NCBI GenBank assembly: GCA_964360855.1
Contig: CAYHXV010000004.1
Coordinates: 1 to 39,819 of the forward strand
Length of the DNA: 39,819 nt
From: an uncultured Candidatus Saccharibacteria bacterium
GTDB lineage: Bacteria > Patescibacteriota > Minisyncoccia > Phycocordibacterales > Phycocordibacteraceae
Direction: 5' to 3'
Shown in pieces: positions 9,592-18,823 of this stretch (position 1 is the stretch's first letter; each line of letters opens with the position of its first letter). Under the pieces are notes generated by a model. The model was not told the DNA's origin and searched no databases. It was given only the letters and a program-made list of their open reading frames with translations. Position numbers and translations under genes: made by a program.

Positions 9592-9633
9592 AGTATTCCG
9601 TGTGCACGGATACATCAGGTATACTGAACAGTA

Positions 9634-10050
9634 ATGGAGTACCAAGTACCGCAGTTCATTGAAGTGGAGGACAAGATCTTTGGTCCTTTCACCTTGAAAC
9701 AGTTTATATATGTTGCTGGTGGGGTGGGGCTCTGTGCGGTGCTCGTGCTCTATCTTCCCCCGGTCATCGGTATTATTCTCGCTATTCCTGTTGCAGCGTT
9801 TTCAGCAGCGCTTGCGTTCTACAAGGTGAACAACAAAAGCTTTGTTGATATGTTGGAGAGTGGCTTCAGGTACTACACCACCGAACGTCTCTATCTGTGG
9901 AAGAAAGATTCTAAGAATGTCTCTGCAAGTGCTCCCGTAGTTCAAGCTCCAGAGCGGGTAGCACCATCAACCATCACGCGCAGTCGTCTCCACGATCTTG
10001 CGTGGTCGCTCGACGTGAAAGACACCATGAATAAGCAAGACGACTCATAA
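9634..10050 (+). CDS. PrgI family protein (VirB3-like)
   Basis: YQVPQFIEVEDKIFGPFTLKQF followed by two TM helices; upstream of VirB4-like genes. Confidence 0.85.
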   Translation: MEYQVPQFIEVEDKIFGPFTLKQFIYVAGGVGLCAVLVLYLPPVIGIILAIPVAAFSAALAFYKVNNKSFVDMLESGFRYYTTERLYLWKKDSKNVSASAPVVQAPERVAPSTITRSRLHDLAWSLDVKDTMNKQDDS

Positions 10051-10051
10051 C

Positions 10052-10678
10052 ATGGCACAAACAAAAGCAACACAGTCCTTTGTGCCCGTGAAAGAAGTTC
10101 GTAACGGGGTGATTATCCTGAAAGATGGGGGGTATAGGGGTGTGCTCATGTGCTCCTCAATTAACTTTGCGCTGAAGTCTGAAGACGAGCAGCGCGCTAT
10201 TGTGGGAGGATTTCAGAACTTTCTAAATACGCTCGACTTCTCGGTGGAGATAGTAGTGCATTCACGCAAAATGGATATTAGGCCCTATCTAGCGCTCTTA
10301 TCTGAGCGTATGGAAGCACAAACGAGTGAACTCATGCGGCTGCAGTTGCGCGAGTACATTCAGTTCATCCGTGGCTTCATGGATTCCACGAGTATCATGA
10401 CGAAGATTTTCTACATTGTGGTGCCATACACTCCGGGACTCGGTACGGGGGTGAGTAGCGCGGTTTCTTTTTTGAAACACAAAGATCCCACGAAGCTAGA
10501 CCAAGCCGCTTCTTCGTTCGAGGACGACCGCGTGCAGCTTGAGCAGCGTATGGCGCTTGCGGCAGGGGGACTCGCGTCCTCGGGACTACGTGCCATTCCG
10601 CTTGGCACCGAGGAGATTATTGAACTGCTGTATCGCTCATTCAACTTGAGCGAGCTCGAGAGCCCTATTCGTCTATAA
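10052..10678 (+). CDS. TraC/VirB4 N-terminal-like protein
   Basis: SINFALKSEDEQ...FLNTLDFSVEIVVHSRKMD...FYIVVP...EIIELLY resembles the non-ATPase N-region of Gram-positive VirB4s; sits between PrgI and the ATPase. Confidence 0.65.
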   Translation: MAQTKATQSFVPVKEVRNGVIILKDGGYRGVLMCSSINFALKSEDEQRAIVGGFQNFLNTLDFSVEIVVHSRKMDIRPYLALLSERMEAQTSELMRLQLREYIQFIRGFMDSTSIMTKIFYIVVPYTPGLGTGVSSAVSFLKHKDPTKLDQAASSFEDDRVQLEQRMALAAGGLASSGLRAIPLGTEEIIELLYRSFNLSELESPIRL

Positions 10679-10681
10679 CGT

Positions 10682-12502
10682 ATGGCACTACTTGATTTTC
10701 TTGGACGAAATAAGGATGCGGCACCTGCAATAACGCCTGTATTACCTGCCGATATCTATGCAGAGGGTGCGCTTGATCTGGCGGACGCCATAGCGCCAGC
10801 CGCCCTCAAGGTGGGGGCACGGGAGATAGAGCTTGGCGAGAAGTTTTCTCGTACTTTCTACACCATTTCCTATCCACGCTTTTTGGCCGATGGCTGGTTC
10901 ACGCCCGTAATAAACCTGGACAAGGTCTTTGATGTGGCTATATTTGTGCATCCGGTGGATACGGGGGCGGCACTGCGCAGTTTCCAGAGAAAGGTTGCCG
11001 AAGTGGAAAGCCAAATAGAGGATAGAGCAGACAAGGGACTGGTGCGGGACCCAATGCTTGACACCGCGTTTCAAGACTTGGAGACACTTCGTGACCAACT
11101 CCAGCAAGCAGAGGAACACCTCTTTGATGTGGGGTTGTACATCACCATATACGGAAACTCAAAAGAGGAGCTCGATAAGCTGGAAGGGGAGTTGCGTGGC
11201 ATTCTTGACGCGAAGCTTATATACACCAAGCCGGCACTCTTCCAGCAAGAGCAGGGATTCCGCTCAACCTTGCCGCTTGCACTCGACCAGCTTGAGGTAC
11301 ACAGCAAGCTGAACTCATCTCCCTTGTCTTCCATTTTCCCCTTTGTCTCCTTTGACCTCACCAGTGACTCCGGCATTTTGTATGGCATAAACAGACACAA
11401 TGCGTCCCTCATTCTCTTTGATCGGTTCTCGATGGAGAACTACAACTCGGTGGTTTTCGCTAAGTCAGGTTCGGGAAAGAGTTATGCCGTTAAATTAGAA
11501 ATACTTCGTTCCCTCATGTTTGGGACTGAAGTGATTGTGATAGACCCCGAACGTGAATACGAAGACCTCGCAAGCGCCACCGGAGGCCGTACCTTCAACA
11601 TCTCTCTTTCGAGTGAGCACCACATCAACCCTTTTGACCTACCCCCGGTTAAGGAAGACGAGGAGCCGGCAGATATCTTGCGTTCAAACATCATTAACTT
11701 GGTGGGACTCTTCCGTATCATGCTCGGGGGTCTCTCTCCTGAAGAGGACGCCATTATTGATAGGGCAGTCACGGAAACGTACGCCCTTAAGGACATCACC
11801 GGAGACAATGACTTCACCGGAGTAGAACCACCGCTTCTCTCAGACTTTGAGCAAGTGCTCTCAGGAATGGAAGGTTCGCAGTCTCTGGTTACTCGGTTGT
11901 CTAAGTACACGCACGGCACCTGGTCTGGATTCTTGAACCAGCCCACCAACATCGACATAAACAAGCAGTTTGTCGTGTTCTCCGTGCGCGATATGGAGGA
12001 CGAGTTGAAGCCAATCGCGATGTATATCATCACGCACTATATATGGAACGCGGTACGTCATGAACTCAAGAAACGCCTTCTCGTGATAGACGAGGCGTGG
12101 TGGATGATGAAGTCCGAAGACACGGCGTCTTTCTTGTACAGTCTTGCCAAGCGTGGCCGCAAATACTATCTCGGTCTTGCAACCATTACTCAGGACGTTG
12201 AGGACTTCTTGAAGAGCCCATACGGCAGACCAATTCTCACCAACTCTTCTATTCAACTTCTCTTGAAGCAGTCTCCGACAACTATTAACGTGCTGCAGGA
12301 AACCTTTAATCTAACGGATGAGGAGAAGTTCTTGCTCCTTGAGTCCGGGGTGGGGGAGGGGCTCTTCTTTGCGGGACTAAAGCATGTGGCAATCAAGATT
12401 GTGGCTTCATATACTGAGGATCAAATCATTACCTCAGACCCTTCCCAGCTCCTCGCCATTAAACAGGAGAAGAATAGGTTGGAGGAGGAAGCAGCCAAAT
12501 AA
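10682..12502 (+). CDS. virB4: VirB4-like T4SS ATPase
   Basis: AKSGSGKS Walker A, VIDPEREY, INPFD, VIDEAW Walker B, KRGRKY, TQDVEDF, GEGL. Confidence 0.9.
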   Translation: MALLDFLGRNKDAAPAITPVLPADIYAEGALDLADAIAPAALKVGAREIELGEKFSRTFYTISYPRFLADGWFTPVINLDKVFDVAIFVHPVDTGAALRSFQRKVAEVESQIEDRADKGLVRDPMLDTAFQDLETLRDQLQQAEEHLFDVGLYITIYGNSKEELDKLEGELRGILDAKLIYTKPALFQQEQGFRSTLPLALDQLEVHSKLNSSPLSSIFPFVSFDLTSDSGILYGINRHNASLILFDRFSMENYNSVVFAKSGSGKSYAVKLEILRSLMFGTEVIVIDPEREYEDLASATGGRTFNISLSSEHHINPFDLPPVKEDEEPADILRSNIINLVGLFRIMLGGLSPEEDAIIDRAVTETYALKDITGDNDFTGVEPPLLSDFEQVLSGMEGSQSLVTRLSKYTHGTWSGFLNQPTNIDINKQFVVFSVRDMEDELKPIAMYIITHYIWNAVRHELKKRLLVIDEAWWMMKSEDTASFLYSLAKRGRKYYLGLATITQDVEDFLKSPYGRPILTNSSIQLLLKQSPTTINVLQETFNLTDEEKFLLLESGVGEGLFFAGLKHVAIKIVASYTEDQIITSDPSQLLAIKQEKNRLEEEAAK

Positions 12503-12505
12503 AGT

Positions 12506-12931
12506 ATGGGGGAGCGGGAACGCATATCCACCGTCACAGCAGCATTTATTATTGCGATTGCACTGATTCTTGACCTTGTTCAGTTTTTGTTAGTACTAAC
12601 GGTTGTTGGTTCGGTTGTGTCAGTAATCATTGGCCTATTGGCAGGGTTTGGGCTGTGGCTAGCATTTGCACTTCATGGAGTTAAGTACTCCGGTACCGGT
12701 GCACTCAAGAAGGCTGGAGCGACGTTCGGCACGATGTTTGCAGAAATGGTGCCTTTTTTGGACGTACTTCCACTCATTACCATTGGTGCTGTTCTTATTA
12801 TTCGACAGACACGAAAGGAGGATAAGGCAGCGAGACAGAAGGCAAGGGCGGATTTACTCGCACAACAGCAAGCGCAGTATGCACAGACACAAGAAATGCA
12901 GGCAAGTGTTGCGCAGCAAGAGGCTGCGTAA
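12506..12931 (+). CDS. Hypothetical membrane protein
   Basis: 3-4 hydrophobic segments, EMVPFLDVLP, Gln/Ala-rich tail; 3 nt after the virB4 stop. Confidence 0.7.
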   Translation: MGERERISTVTAAFIIAIALILDLVQFLLVLTVVGSVVSVIIGLLAGFGLWLAFALHGVKYSGTGALKKAGATFGTMFAEMVPFLDVLPLITIGAVLIIRQTRKEDKAARQKARADLLAQQQAQYAQTQEMQASVAQQEAA

Positions 12932-12980
12932 TCCCTAGTAGCGATACAGCACTCCTGTGTTGAGGCGGTATACTGTGCGT

Positions 12981-13961
12981 ATGTTGAAGATAAGTATGAT
13001 GGTGGCTGCACTCTTGTTTGCGCTTCCTGTGGCTGCACAGTACTCCACACAAGACGAGCCTGTTTCGTTTATTCTAACCCCGAGTTATCCGCGTCCGTAT
13101 CAGAGCGTAACAGTAAGTCCACGGAGCTCTCTAATTGATCTCACCGCAAGCACCGTTACCATTTCCGTGAACGGGGTTGCCGTTCAAAAGGGAACCGGGA
13201 CCCAAGCAGCCACGGTTACGGTGGGTGGGGTGGGGGAGACCACCAAGATCACCGTATCGGTGAAGGGGCCTGATGGAAAAACGTATACGACCAGCACCTC
13301 GGTGCGCCCGGCAGACGTCTCGCTCGTGGTTGAACCAAACACCACCGTACATCCGCTCTATCAGGGTCTGCCTCTGGTTGCGAGCGAGGGGAGTGTGCGT
13401 TTGGTGGCAATTGCCGATCTACGCACCAGCATCAATAAGCCCATTGATCCCTCGACACTAGTGTACCAGTGGAAGCTTGGCTCTAAGATTCTTACCAGTG
13501 CCTCGGGTATTGGTCGCTCGGTCTTGGTGGCTACTGCTCCCATTCGCTACCGGGACGCCGATATTACCCTTACCGTATCTACTCCCGACTCAGGGATAGT
13601 GGCTGAAGCCAAAACAAGAATTAGCCCCGTAGACCCACTGGTGCGCATCTACTCCTTTGACCCCCTCTTGGGTCCTGATTATGACCACGCCATCGGTGCG
13701 TCCTTCTCGCTCCTCACCACTGAAGCATCATTTCGTGCGGTACCATATTTCTTTGCTGCTCCTCCCACCATTGAGTGGAGTGTGAGCGGCACCGCTCAGA
13801 ATGCACAGAAGGATATTACCGTGCGCTCCACTGGGAACGGGCAGGGAAGTGCCTCGCTTGAGGCACGGGCGAAGCTAGCGAGCAATTTACAAACTGCAAG
13901 CAGCCGGACGCTACTCAGATTCGGTGAGGGGACATCCCCGTTTAGTCTATTTGGCTTCTAA
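12981..13961 (+). CDS. Secreted beta-rich (Ig-like repeats) protein
   Basis: Signal peptide ending VAA-Q; T/V/S-rich beta strands, YQWK and IEWSV Ig/PKD-like segments; TATACT 6 nt upstream of ATG 12981. Confidence 0.7.
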   Translation: MLKISMMVAALLFALPVAAQYSTQDEPVSFILTPSYPRPYQSVTVSPRSSLIDLTASTVTISVNGVAVQKGTGTQAATVTVGGVGETTKITVSVKGPDGKTYTTSTSVRPADVSLVVEPNTTVHPLYQGLPLVASEGSVRLVAIADLRTSINKPIDPSTLVYQWKLGSKILTSASGIGRSVLVATAPIRYRDADITLTVSTPDSGIVAEAKTRISPVDPLVRIYSFDPLLGPDYDHAIGASFSLLTTEASFRAVPYFFAAPPTIEWSVSGTAQNAQKDITVRSTGNGQGSASLEARAKLASNLQTASSRTLLRFGEGTSPFSLFGF

Positions 13962-13962
13962 T

Positions 13963-14883
13963 ATGAAACGACTTCTCTATTCACTACTCCTCGTTGCGAT
14001 TCTGGTACCGCAAGTGTCTCTTGCCGCAGGCACGTCAACTACTCCTACCACTCCCCAAGTACAGGCACCCACCTCACTCGGCTTCGTGCCCCTCACCAGT
14101 ATTCCGGGAATTGAGTCTGCAGGAAACTCAGCAACCCTCCCGGACTTTTTAAATAACCTGTACAAGCTCGCTATTGGAGTTGCTGCGGTGCTCGCGGTAC
14201 TGCAGATTGTTCGAGCGGGCATTATGTACATGGGCGGGGACTCTGTGTGGGAAAAGAAAGAAGCAAAAAGTCTCATCGCCCTTTCTGTTGGCGGATTGAT
14301 TCTGATATTATCTCCGGTGATTGTGTTTTCACTTATCAATCCGAAGATACTGGAATTAAAGATTGATGGGTTAGATACGCTTGGAGACACTCGTTTTGGA
14401 AAAGACGATACAACACCGCCTGTGGATACGGCAACCGATCAACAATTGGCGGGGTATATCCAGTTGAAAGCCGAGTCGCTGCCAGCTGGCAAGTCGTGCA
14501 AAGATATCCTCGGGATTGATTGGGAAAATGTTCCCACCACTCCACTGGGAAGTACTATAAACACCTGCGCCCTACTTCCCGCGGGACAGACCTGCTGTGG
14601 GCGATTGCGTCAATCACCAACGGCGCCGGTTCTTTCTGATGGTACTATCACTTTTTACACTGCCGAGGAAAGTACAGACCTTGCAAAGCTTGGTTCTCCA
14701 AGGTGTCTCTTGTACAAAAAGCCAACATTTAGCTCTGTAAACTTATGTTCGAGTGCGCTGCTAAGTGCTACCGCCAACAGTAACGTGGTGCTCATTGAAA
14801 ACTGTTCAGGATTCAGGCCATCACTCACTTCGCAAACACCGGTGTGGAAAGATATAAAGGATCTGCCGACATGTTCACAATAG
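13963..14883 (+). CDS. VirB2/TrbC-like pilin-domain protein with Cys-rich C-terminal extension
   Basis: Signal peptide; FLNNLYKLAIGVAAVLAVLQIVRAGIMYM...EAKSLIALSVGGLILILSPVIVFSLINP pilin hairpin; 8 Cys downstream. Confidence 0.8.
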   Translation: MKRLLYSLLLVAILVPQVSLAAGTSTTPTTPQVQAPTSLGFVPLTSIPGIESAGNSATLPDFLNNLYKLAIGVAAVLAVLQIVRAGIMYMGGDSVWEKKEAKSLIALSVGGLILILSPVIVFSLINPKILELKIDGLDTLGDTRFGKDDTTPPVDTATDQQLAGYIQLKAESLPAGKSCKDILGIDWENVPTTPLGSTINTCALLPAGQTCCGRLRQSPTAPVLSDGTITFYTAEESTDLAKLGSPRCLLYKKPTFSSVNLCSSALLSATANSNVVLIENCSGFRPSLTSQTPVWKDIKDLPTCSQ

Positions 14884-14889
14884 AATTGT

Positions 14890-16089
14890 ATGTCTAAAAA
14901 AGTACTCATTATCATAGCCAGCATCATCGTCCTCCTCGGACTTTTGGTCGGTGTCTACTTCTTTTTCTTCAGTGGTAAGCCTGGCGTCACAACGACCGCC
15001 CCCTCCTTCACGGCAGCAGGGGACCGAGAACCCATAGCAAACACTGTCTCGGGACCCGTTGAGGGTGCGGGCACTGTGGTGGCTCCGCACTTGGTGCGCA
15101 TCACTGCGGGACCAGTGGCAAAGGGTGCGGTGGCACTAGTGGTGATTCCGCAAGCCATTGGCTCTTCAACACCCGGACTCGGAGACACGGAGGTGCGCTA
15201 CGTTGAGCGACAAAGCGGGAACGTCTATTCATTCCTCCTGCATGACCGCGTTCTTACCCGTATCGGAAACAAAACACTGCCTGGAGTGCAGGAGGCAGTC
15301 TGGCTTCCGGATGGCTCCAGTGTCTTTGCGCGCTTCATAACGAGCGAAGAGGGGGTAGAGCGGGTCGCCACATACTCACTCCCTTCAGGAGGAGGGGAAG
15401 GTTTCTTCCTTGAATCTGGTCTATCCTCCGTTGGGATCACGGCGTCCTCGAGCCTGTACACCCTCATCTCTCGAGGCTCGGGTTCAGTGGCAAGCATTGC
15501 AAACGCAAACGGCACCGGTGCACGTACACTGTTTTCTTCACCCCTGCAGTCCCTTACGTTGCGTTCGTTTGGTACTGATTTTATTGCCACCACCAAAGCA
15601 TCTTCTGAAATAAGTGGGTATGCGTTCCTGGTCTCCGGAAAGACCGGTGGGTTTAGTCGCGTGCTCGGACCCTTCACCGGACTTTCAACACTTCCAAACC
15701 CCTCCGGGAAATTGGTGCTCTATAGCTACACCTCTCGAGGCAAGGTATTTACCGCAGTCCTCGATGTTCAAAAGCACACCGCCACACAACTACCCGTTAC
15801 CACGCTTGCCGAAAAATGTGCCTGGGCGCCAAATGGCACCTCGCTATACTGTGGCGTACCCACCGCACTTCCGAAAGACCTGCCTGATAGCTGGTATCAG
15901 GGGACGCACGCATTTTCCGATCGGTTGTGGAAGGTTGATTTGCATACCCGGCTCGCCACGCTCGTGAACGACCCGAGTACGGTGGCAAGTATCACCATCG
16001 ACATGGTATCCCTCACCGTTGATCCTGCAGAAGACGCCGTTATCTTTACAAACAAATCAGACGGCTCACTTTGGGCGTATGATTTCTAA
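14890..16089 (+). CDS. Membrane-anchored beta-propeller-like protein
   Basis: N-terminal TM; repeats resembling TolB/WD-type blades (AVWLPDGSSV, LPNPSGKLVLY, CAWAPNGTSLYC). Confidence 0.7.
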   Translation: MSKKVLIIIASIIVLLGLLVGVYFFFFSGKPGVTTTAPSFTAAGDREPIANTVSGPVEGAGTVVAPHLVRITAGPVAKGAVALVVIPQAIGSSTPGLGDTEVRYVERQSGNVYSFLLHDRVLTRIGNKTLPGVQEAVWLPDGSSVFARFITSEEGVERVATYSLPSGGGEGFFLESGLSSVGITASSSLYTLISRGSGSVASIANANGTGARTLFSSPLQSLTLRSFGTDFIATTKASSEISGYAFLVSGKTGGFSRVLGPFTGLSTLPNPSGKLVLYSYTSRGKVFTAVLDVQKHTATQLPVTTLAEKCAWAPNGTSLYCGVPTALPKDLPDSWYQGTHAFSDRLWKVDLHTRLATLVNDPSTVASITIDMVSLTVDPAEDAVIFTNKSDGSLWAYDF

Positions 16090-16820
16090 ACGATAACTGT
16101 TGGTGTCTTGGTTTGCATTGAACGTCGTACGAAATACTCCTGCACAATACCAAACAGGTTGCTGGTGATGAAGTATATAGCAATTGCTCCTGACGCGTAC
16201 GCGATCGCTGCCATTATAACCGGAAAGACGTACCTCATTTGGAGCGTCATGGCGCGTGATATGTCTGCCTGCATACTCTTGTCCTCAGAAGACTTCGGGG
16301 GTGCGGGGATGGCATAGAGGGCGAGCAGGTATTGGGTGATGCCCGCAATAAGGGCGAGGACCACACTGGTGCTCGTTATAGTGATGAGGCCAAGGAATAC
16401 GGGGGAGATGGTTGCGGGCACTGCAACGAATGAATAGAGAATAGAAGGATCCACCGTGAGGAGTGTTTTGTTATAGAAGACCCAGTACAGGGTAATGATG
16501 ATGGGGAGTTGAATGAGTATAGTGAGAATACTCGCAAAAGGATTGATGCCGTATTTCTTGTAGAGCGCCATCATGGCACGGGCCTGTTCCTCTTTGTTGT
16601 CTTTGAGTGTATCGCGAATTACTTTCAACTCGGGCTCGATATTCTTCATTGCGCGCGCGGTCTTTTGTGCCGCAAACGAGAGCGGCATGATGATGAGACG
16701 AATAATGATCGTCACCAGCACCACCGCAAGACCTATGTCCGCACCGGGAAGTTTGTCCACGAGCAAAATGAGGAGGTTGTATATCGGCACATAGAGCACC
16801 GTGTGAAAGAAAGCCATCAT
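16086..16820 (-). CDS. yidC: Membrane protein insertase YidC (short form, no large periplasmic domain)
   Basis: TIIIRLIIMPL, LYKKYGINPF, LIQLPI, AIYFITSNLF..QEY; rpmH-rnpA-yidC synteny. Confidence 0.92.
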   Translation of the reverse strand: MMAFFHTVLYVPIYNLLILLVDKLPGADIGLAVVLVTIIIRLIIMPLSFAAQKTARAMKNIEPELKVIRDTLKDNKEEQARAMMALYKKYGINPFASILTILIQLPIIITLYWVFYNKTLLTVDPSILYSFVAVPATISPVFLGLITITSTSVVLALIAGITQYLLALYAIPAPPKSSEDKSMQADISRAMTLQMRYVFPVIMAAIAYASGAIAIYFITSNLFGIVQEYFVRRSMQTKTPTVIV

Positions 16821-16831
16821 GTGGATAGAGT

Positions 16832-17158
16832 CTAGCTTATTTGTGCCGGTCCGAGAAGTTTGGTGAGGAGTTCAGAGAGTTCGGTATTGAGTACCGCATA
16901 GGGAAGGGAGGGACTTCCTGAGCGAGCGTACACCACGATTGTCTTGTCAGATGCGCACCACGGCCGAAGTACGGCCAAAATACGACGTTTGAGACGATGT
17001 CTCCCCACTGAGGTCTTTTCGGTCTTTTTTGATATAACGGCACCGGCACCGGACTGTCCCAATCGAATAGATACAGAGAAATGAGGGCTTACCGCTCTCA
17101 TTTCCTTCCCGGTATGGGTGGCCTTGCCCCTCTGAAGCCGCATTCGGCGAGGAAGCAT
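16832..17158 (-). CDS. rnpA: Ribonuclease P protein component
   Basis: MLPRRMRL, VISKK..SVGRHRLKRR (RNR-motif variant); position between rpmH and yidC. Confidence 0.85.
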   Translation of the reverse strand: MLPRRMRLQRGKATHTGKEMRAVSPHFSVSIRLGQSGAGAVISKKTEKTSVGRHRLKRRILAVLRPWCASDKTIVVYARSGSPSLPYAVLNTELSELLTKLLGPAQIS

Positions 17159-17168
17159 AAGAAAAAGC

Positions 17169-17306
17169 CTAGACGGTCAGCTTGGCGCGGCCCTTGCGAC
17201 GACGTGCAAGAAGAACCCGACGGCCGTTGGCCGTAGCTGAGCGGGCACGGAACCCGTGGGTACGGGCGCGCTTTCGCTTTTTTGGCTGATAGGTGCGCTT
17301 TGGCAT
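17169..17306 (-). CDS. rpmH: 50S ribosomal protein L34
   Basis: Below the ORF-track cutoff; hand translation [45 protein letters not shown]. Confidence 0.97.
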   Translation of the reverse strand: MPKRTYQPKKRKRARTHGFRARSATANGRRVLLARRRKGRAKLTV

Positions 17307-17452
17307 AGTGTTTGGATACTAGCAGTTTCGCCCACAGAGGGCAAGGATTGCCAAGACTTTCCCCTTGGACCAGGAGGGGTATACTACCACCACGATGAGA
17401 CTAGATCGCACGACACACCAGAGTAGTTATCAGTTTTTTGTTCCTTAACGGT

Positions 17453-18823
17453 ATGTCTAGCACCAACACCATGAATCGTCTTGAGCCTCGGGAGCTGTGG
17501 GAGCAGGTACTTACTCAGGTAGAACTTTCTGTTTCAAGTGCAAATTTCAACACCTGGTTCCGTGAGTCTTCGATCGTTAAAATCGAAGAGGGAATTGTAC
17601 ACGTAGGTGTCCCGAGTCAGTTCTTCCGCGACTGGTATCTGAAGAAGTTTCACACACTGCTGCTCAAAATAGTACGTGGTATTTCATACGAATACCGGAA
17701 TATCGAGTATCAGATCGTGAAGGACGATAGACGTAAACCGAAAACGGAACGACGTCAGCCAACACAGCAAGTAGCAGAATTGCCCCTTGATGAGTTCTAT
17801 GTAAACAAGAGTGACAACTTAAACCCACGCTATACCTTCGATAACTTCGTTATTGGAGCCTTTAATGAGCTGGCACACACTGCTGCTCTCGCAACCATTC
17901 GTCGCCCGGGTATTACGTACAATCCATTCTTTATCTATGGAGACACCGGAAGAGGGAAGACCCACCTTATTCAGGCCATTGGAAATCAATTCAAGAAGAT
18001 GTATCCCACTCGCAAGGTGTTTTATATTACGTCTGAGAAGTTTGGTACAGACTATGTCGATTCCTTGCAGCAGGGGACCGCAAATCGTTTCAAGGACAAA
18101 TACCGTCAATTTGATCTCTTAATCATTGACGATGTGCAATTCCTTTCTAAGAAAGAAAAGATGCAGGAGGAGCTGTTCCATCTCTTTAATGCCTACCACG
18201 ACAATAACAAGCAGGTAATTTTCTCCTCAGATCGTCCCCCAGTAGCTATCCCTGATATCGCCGAGCGTCTTCGAGGCCGATTTGCAAGTGGTATGGCAGT
18301 TGATATTGGGGAACCAGATATGGAAAGTCGCATGGCTATTGTGCGCAAAAAGGCTGCGGTACAGGGGGTGAACCTCTCAGACGAAGTAGTTGAACATATT
18401 GCGACCTCTATTTCGGGCTCTATTCGTGAACTTGAGGGAGTTATTAACTCAGTGGTCTGCCACACTCAAGTAAAAGGAATTCCACCTGACTTGGCAGAGG
18501 TCAAGCAGTCTCTCCGTTCCTTTGCACGACCGCAAAAGACCGTGTCCGTGAAGCATGTGGTGTCTAAGGTCGCCGAATACTACGGGATAGATGAGGAGAG
18601 TATCTACGAGAAGACCCGTAGAAGGGAGGTGGTACGCCCTCGCCAAGTGATTATGTATATCCTTCGTGAGGATTTCAGTGTGTCGTACCCAACTATTGGA
18701 ACTAAGCTTGGTGGAAGAGACCACACCACGGTTATTCACTCCTGCGAGAAAGTGAAGCGAGAAGTACTTGAGGACACAGAGCTTGCTAAAGAGATAACAG
18801 AAATCCGCACCTTGTTGGTGTAG
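17453..18823 (+). CDS. dnaA: Chromosomal replication initiator DnaA
   Basis: LNPRYTFDNFVIG, YNPFFIYGDTGRGKTHL, LLIIDDVQFL, QEELFHLFN, GGRDHTTVIHS; start may be 17453 or 17471. Confidence 0.97.
   Translation: MSSTNTMNRLEPRELWEQVLTQVELSVSSANFNTWFRESSIVKIEEGIVHVGVPSQFFRDWYLKKFHTLLLKIVRGISYEYRNIEYQIVKDDRRKPKTERRQPTQQVAELPLDEFYVNKSDNLNPRYTFDNFVIGAFNELAHTAALATIRRPGITYNPFFIYGDTGRGKTHLIQAIGNQFKKMYPTRKVFYITSEKFGTDYVDSLQQGTANRFKDKYRQFDLLIIDDVQFLSKKEKMQEELFHLFNAYHDNNKQVIFSSDRPPVAIPDIAERLRGRFASGMAVDIGEPDMESRMAIVRKKAAVQGVNLSDEVVEHIATSISGSIRELEGVINSVVCHTQVKGIPPDLAEVKQSLRSFARPQKTVSVKHVVSKVAEYYGIDEESIYEKTRRREVVRPRQVIMYILREDFSVSYPTIGTKLGGRDHTTVIHSCEKVKREVLEDTELAKEITEIRTLLV

Noticed and set aside
3772-16089. 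Calling the T4SS-like locus an ICE or integrated plasmid
   Set aside because: No integrase, relaxase, coupling protein or flanking direct repeats seen; flanks are housekeeping genes and promoters match the host style.
13940-16089. C-terminal Phe endings (FSLFGF, LWAYDF) as outer-membrane beta-barrel signals
   Set aside because: The proteins look Ig-like and propeller-like, one has an uncleaved TM anchor, and no outer-membrane machinery is in view.
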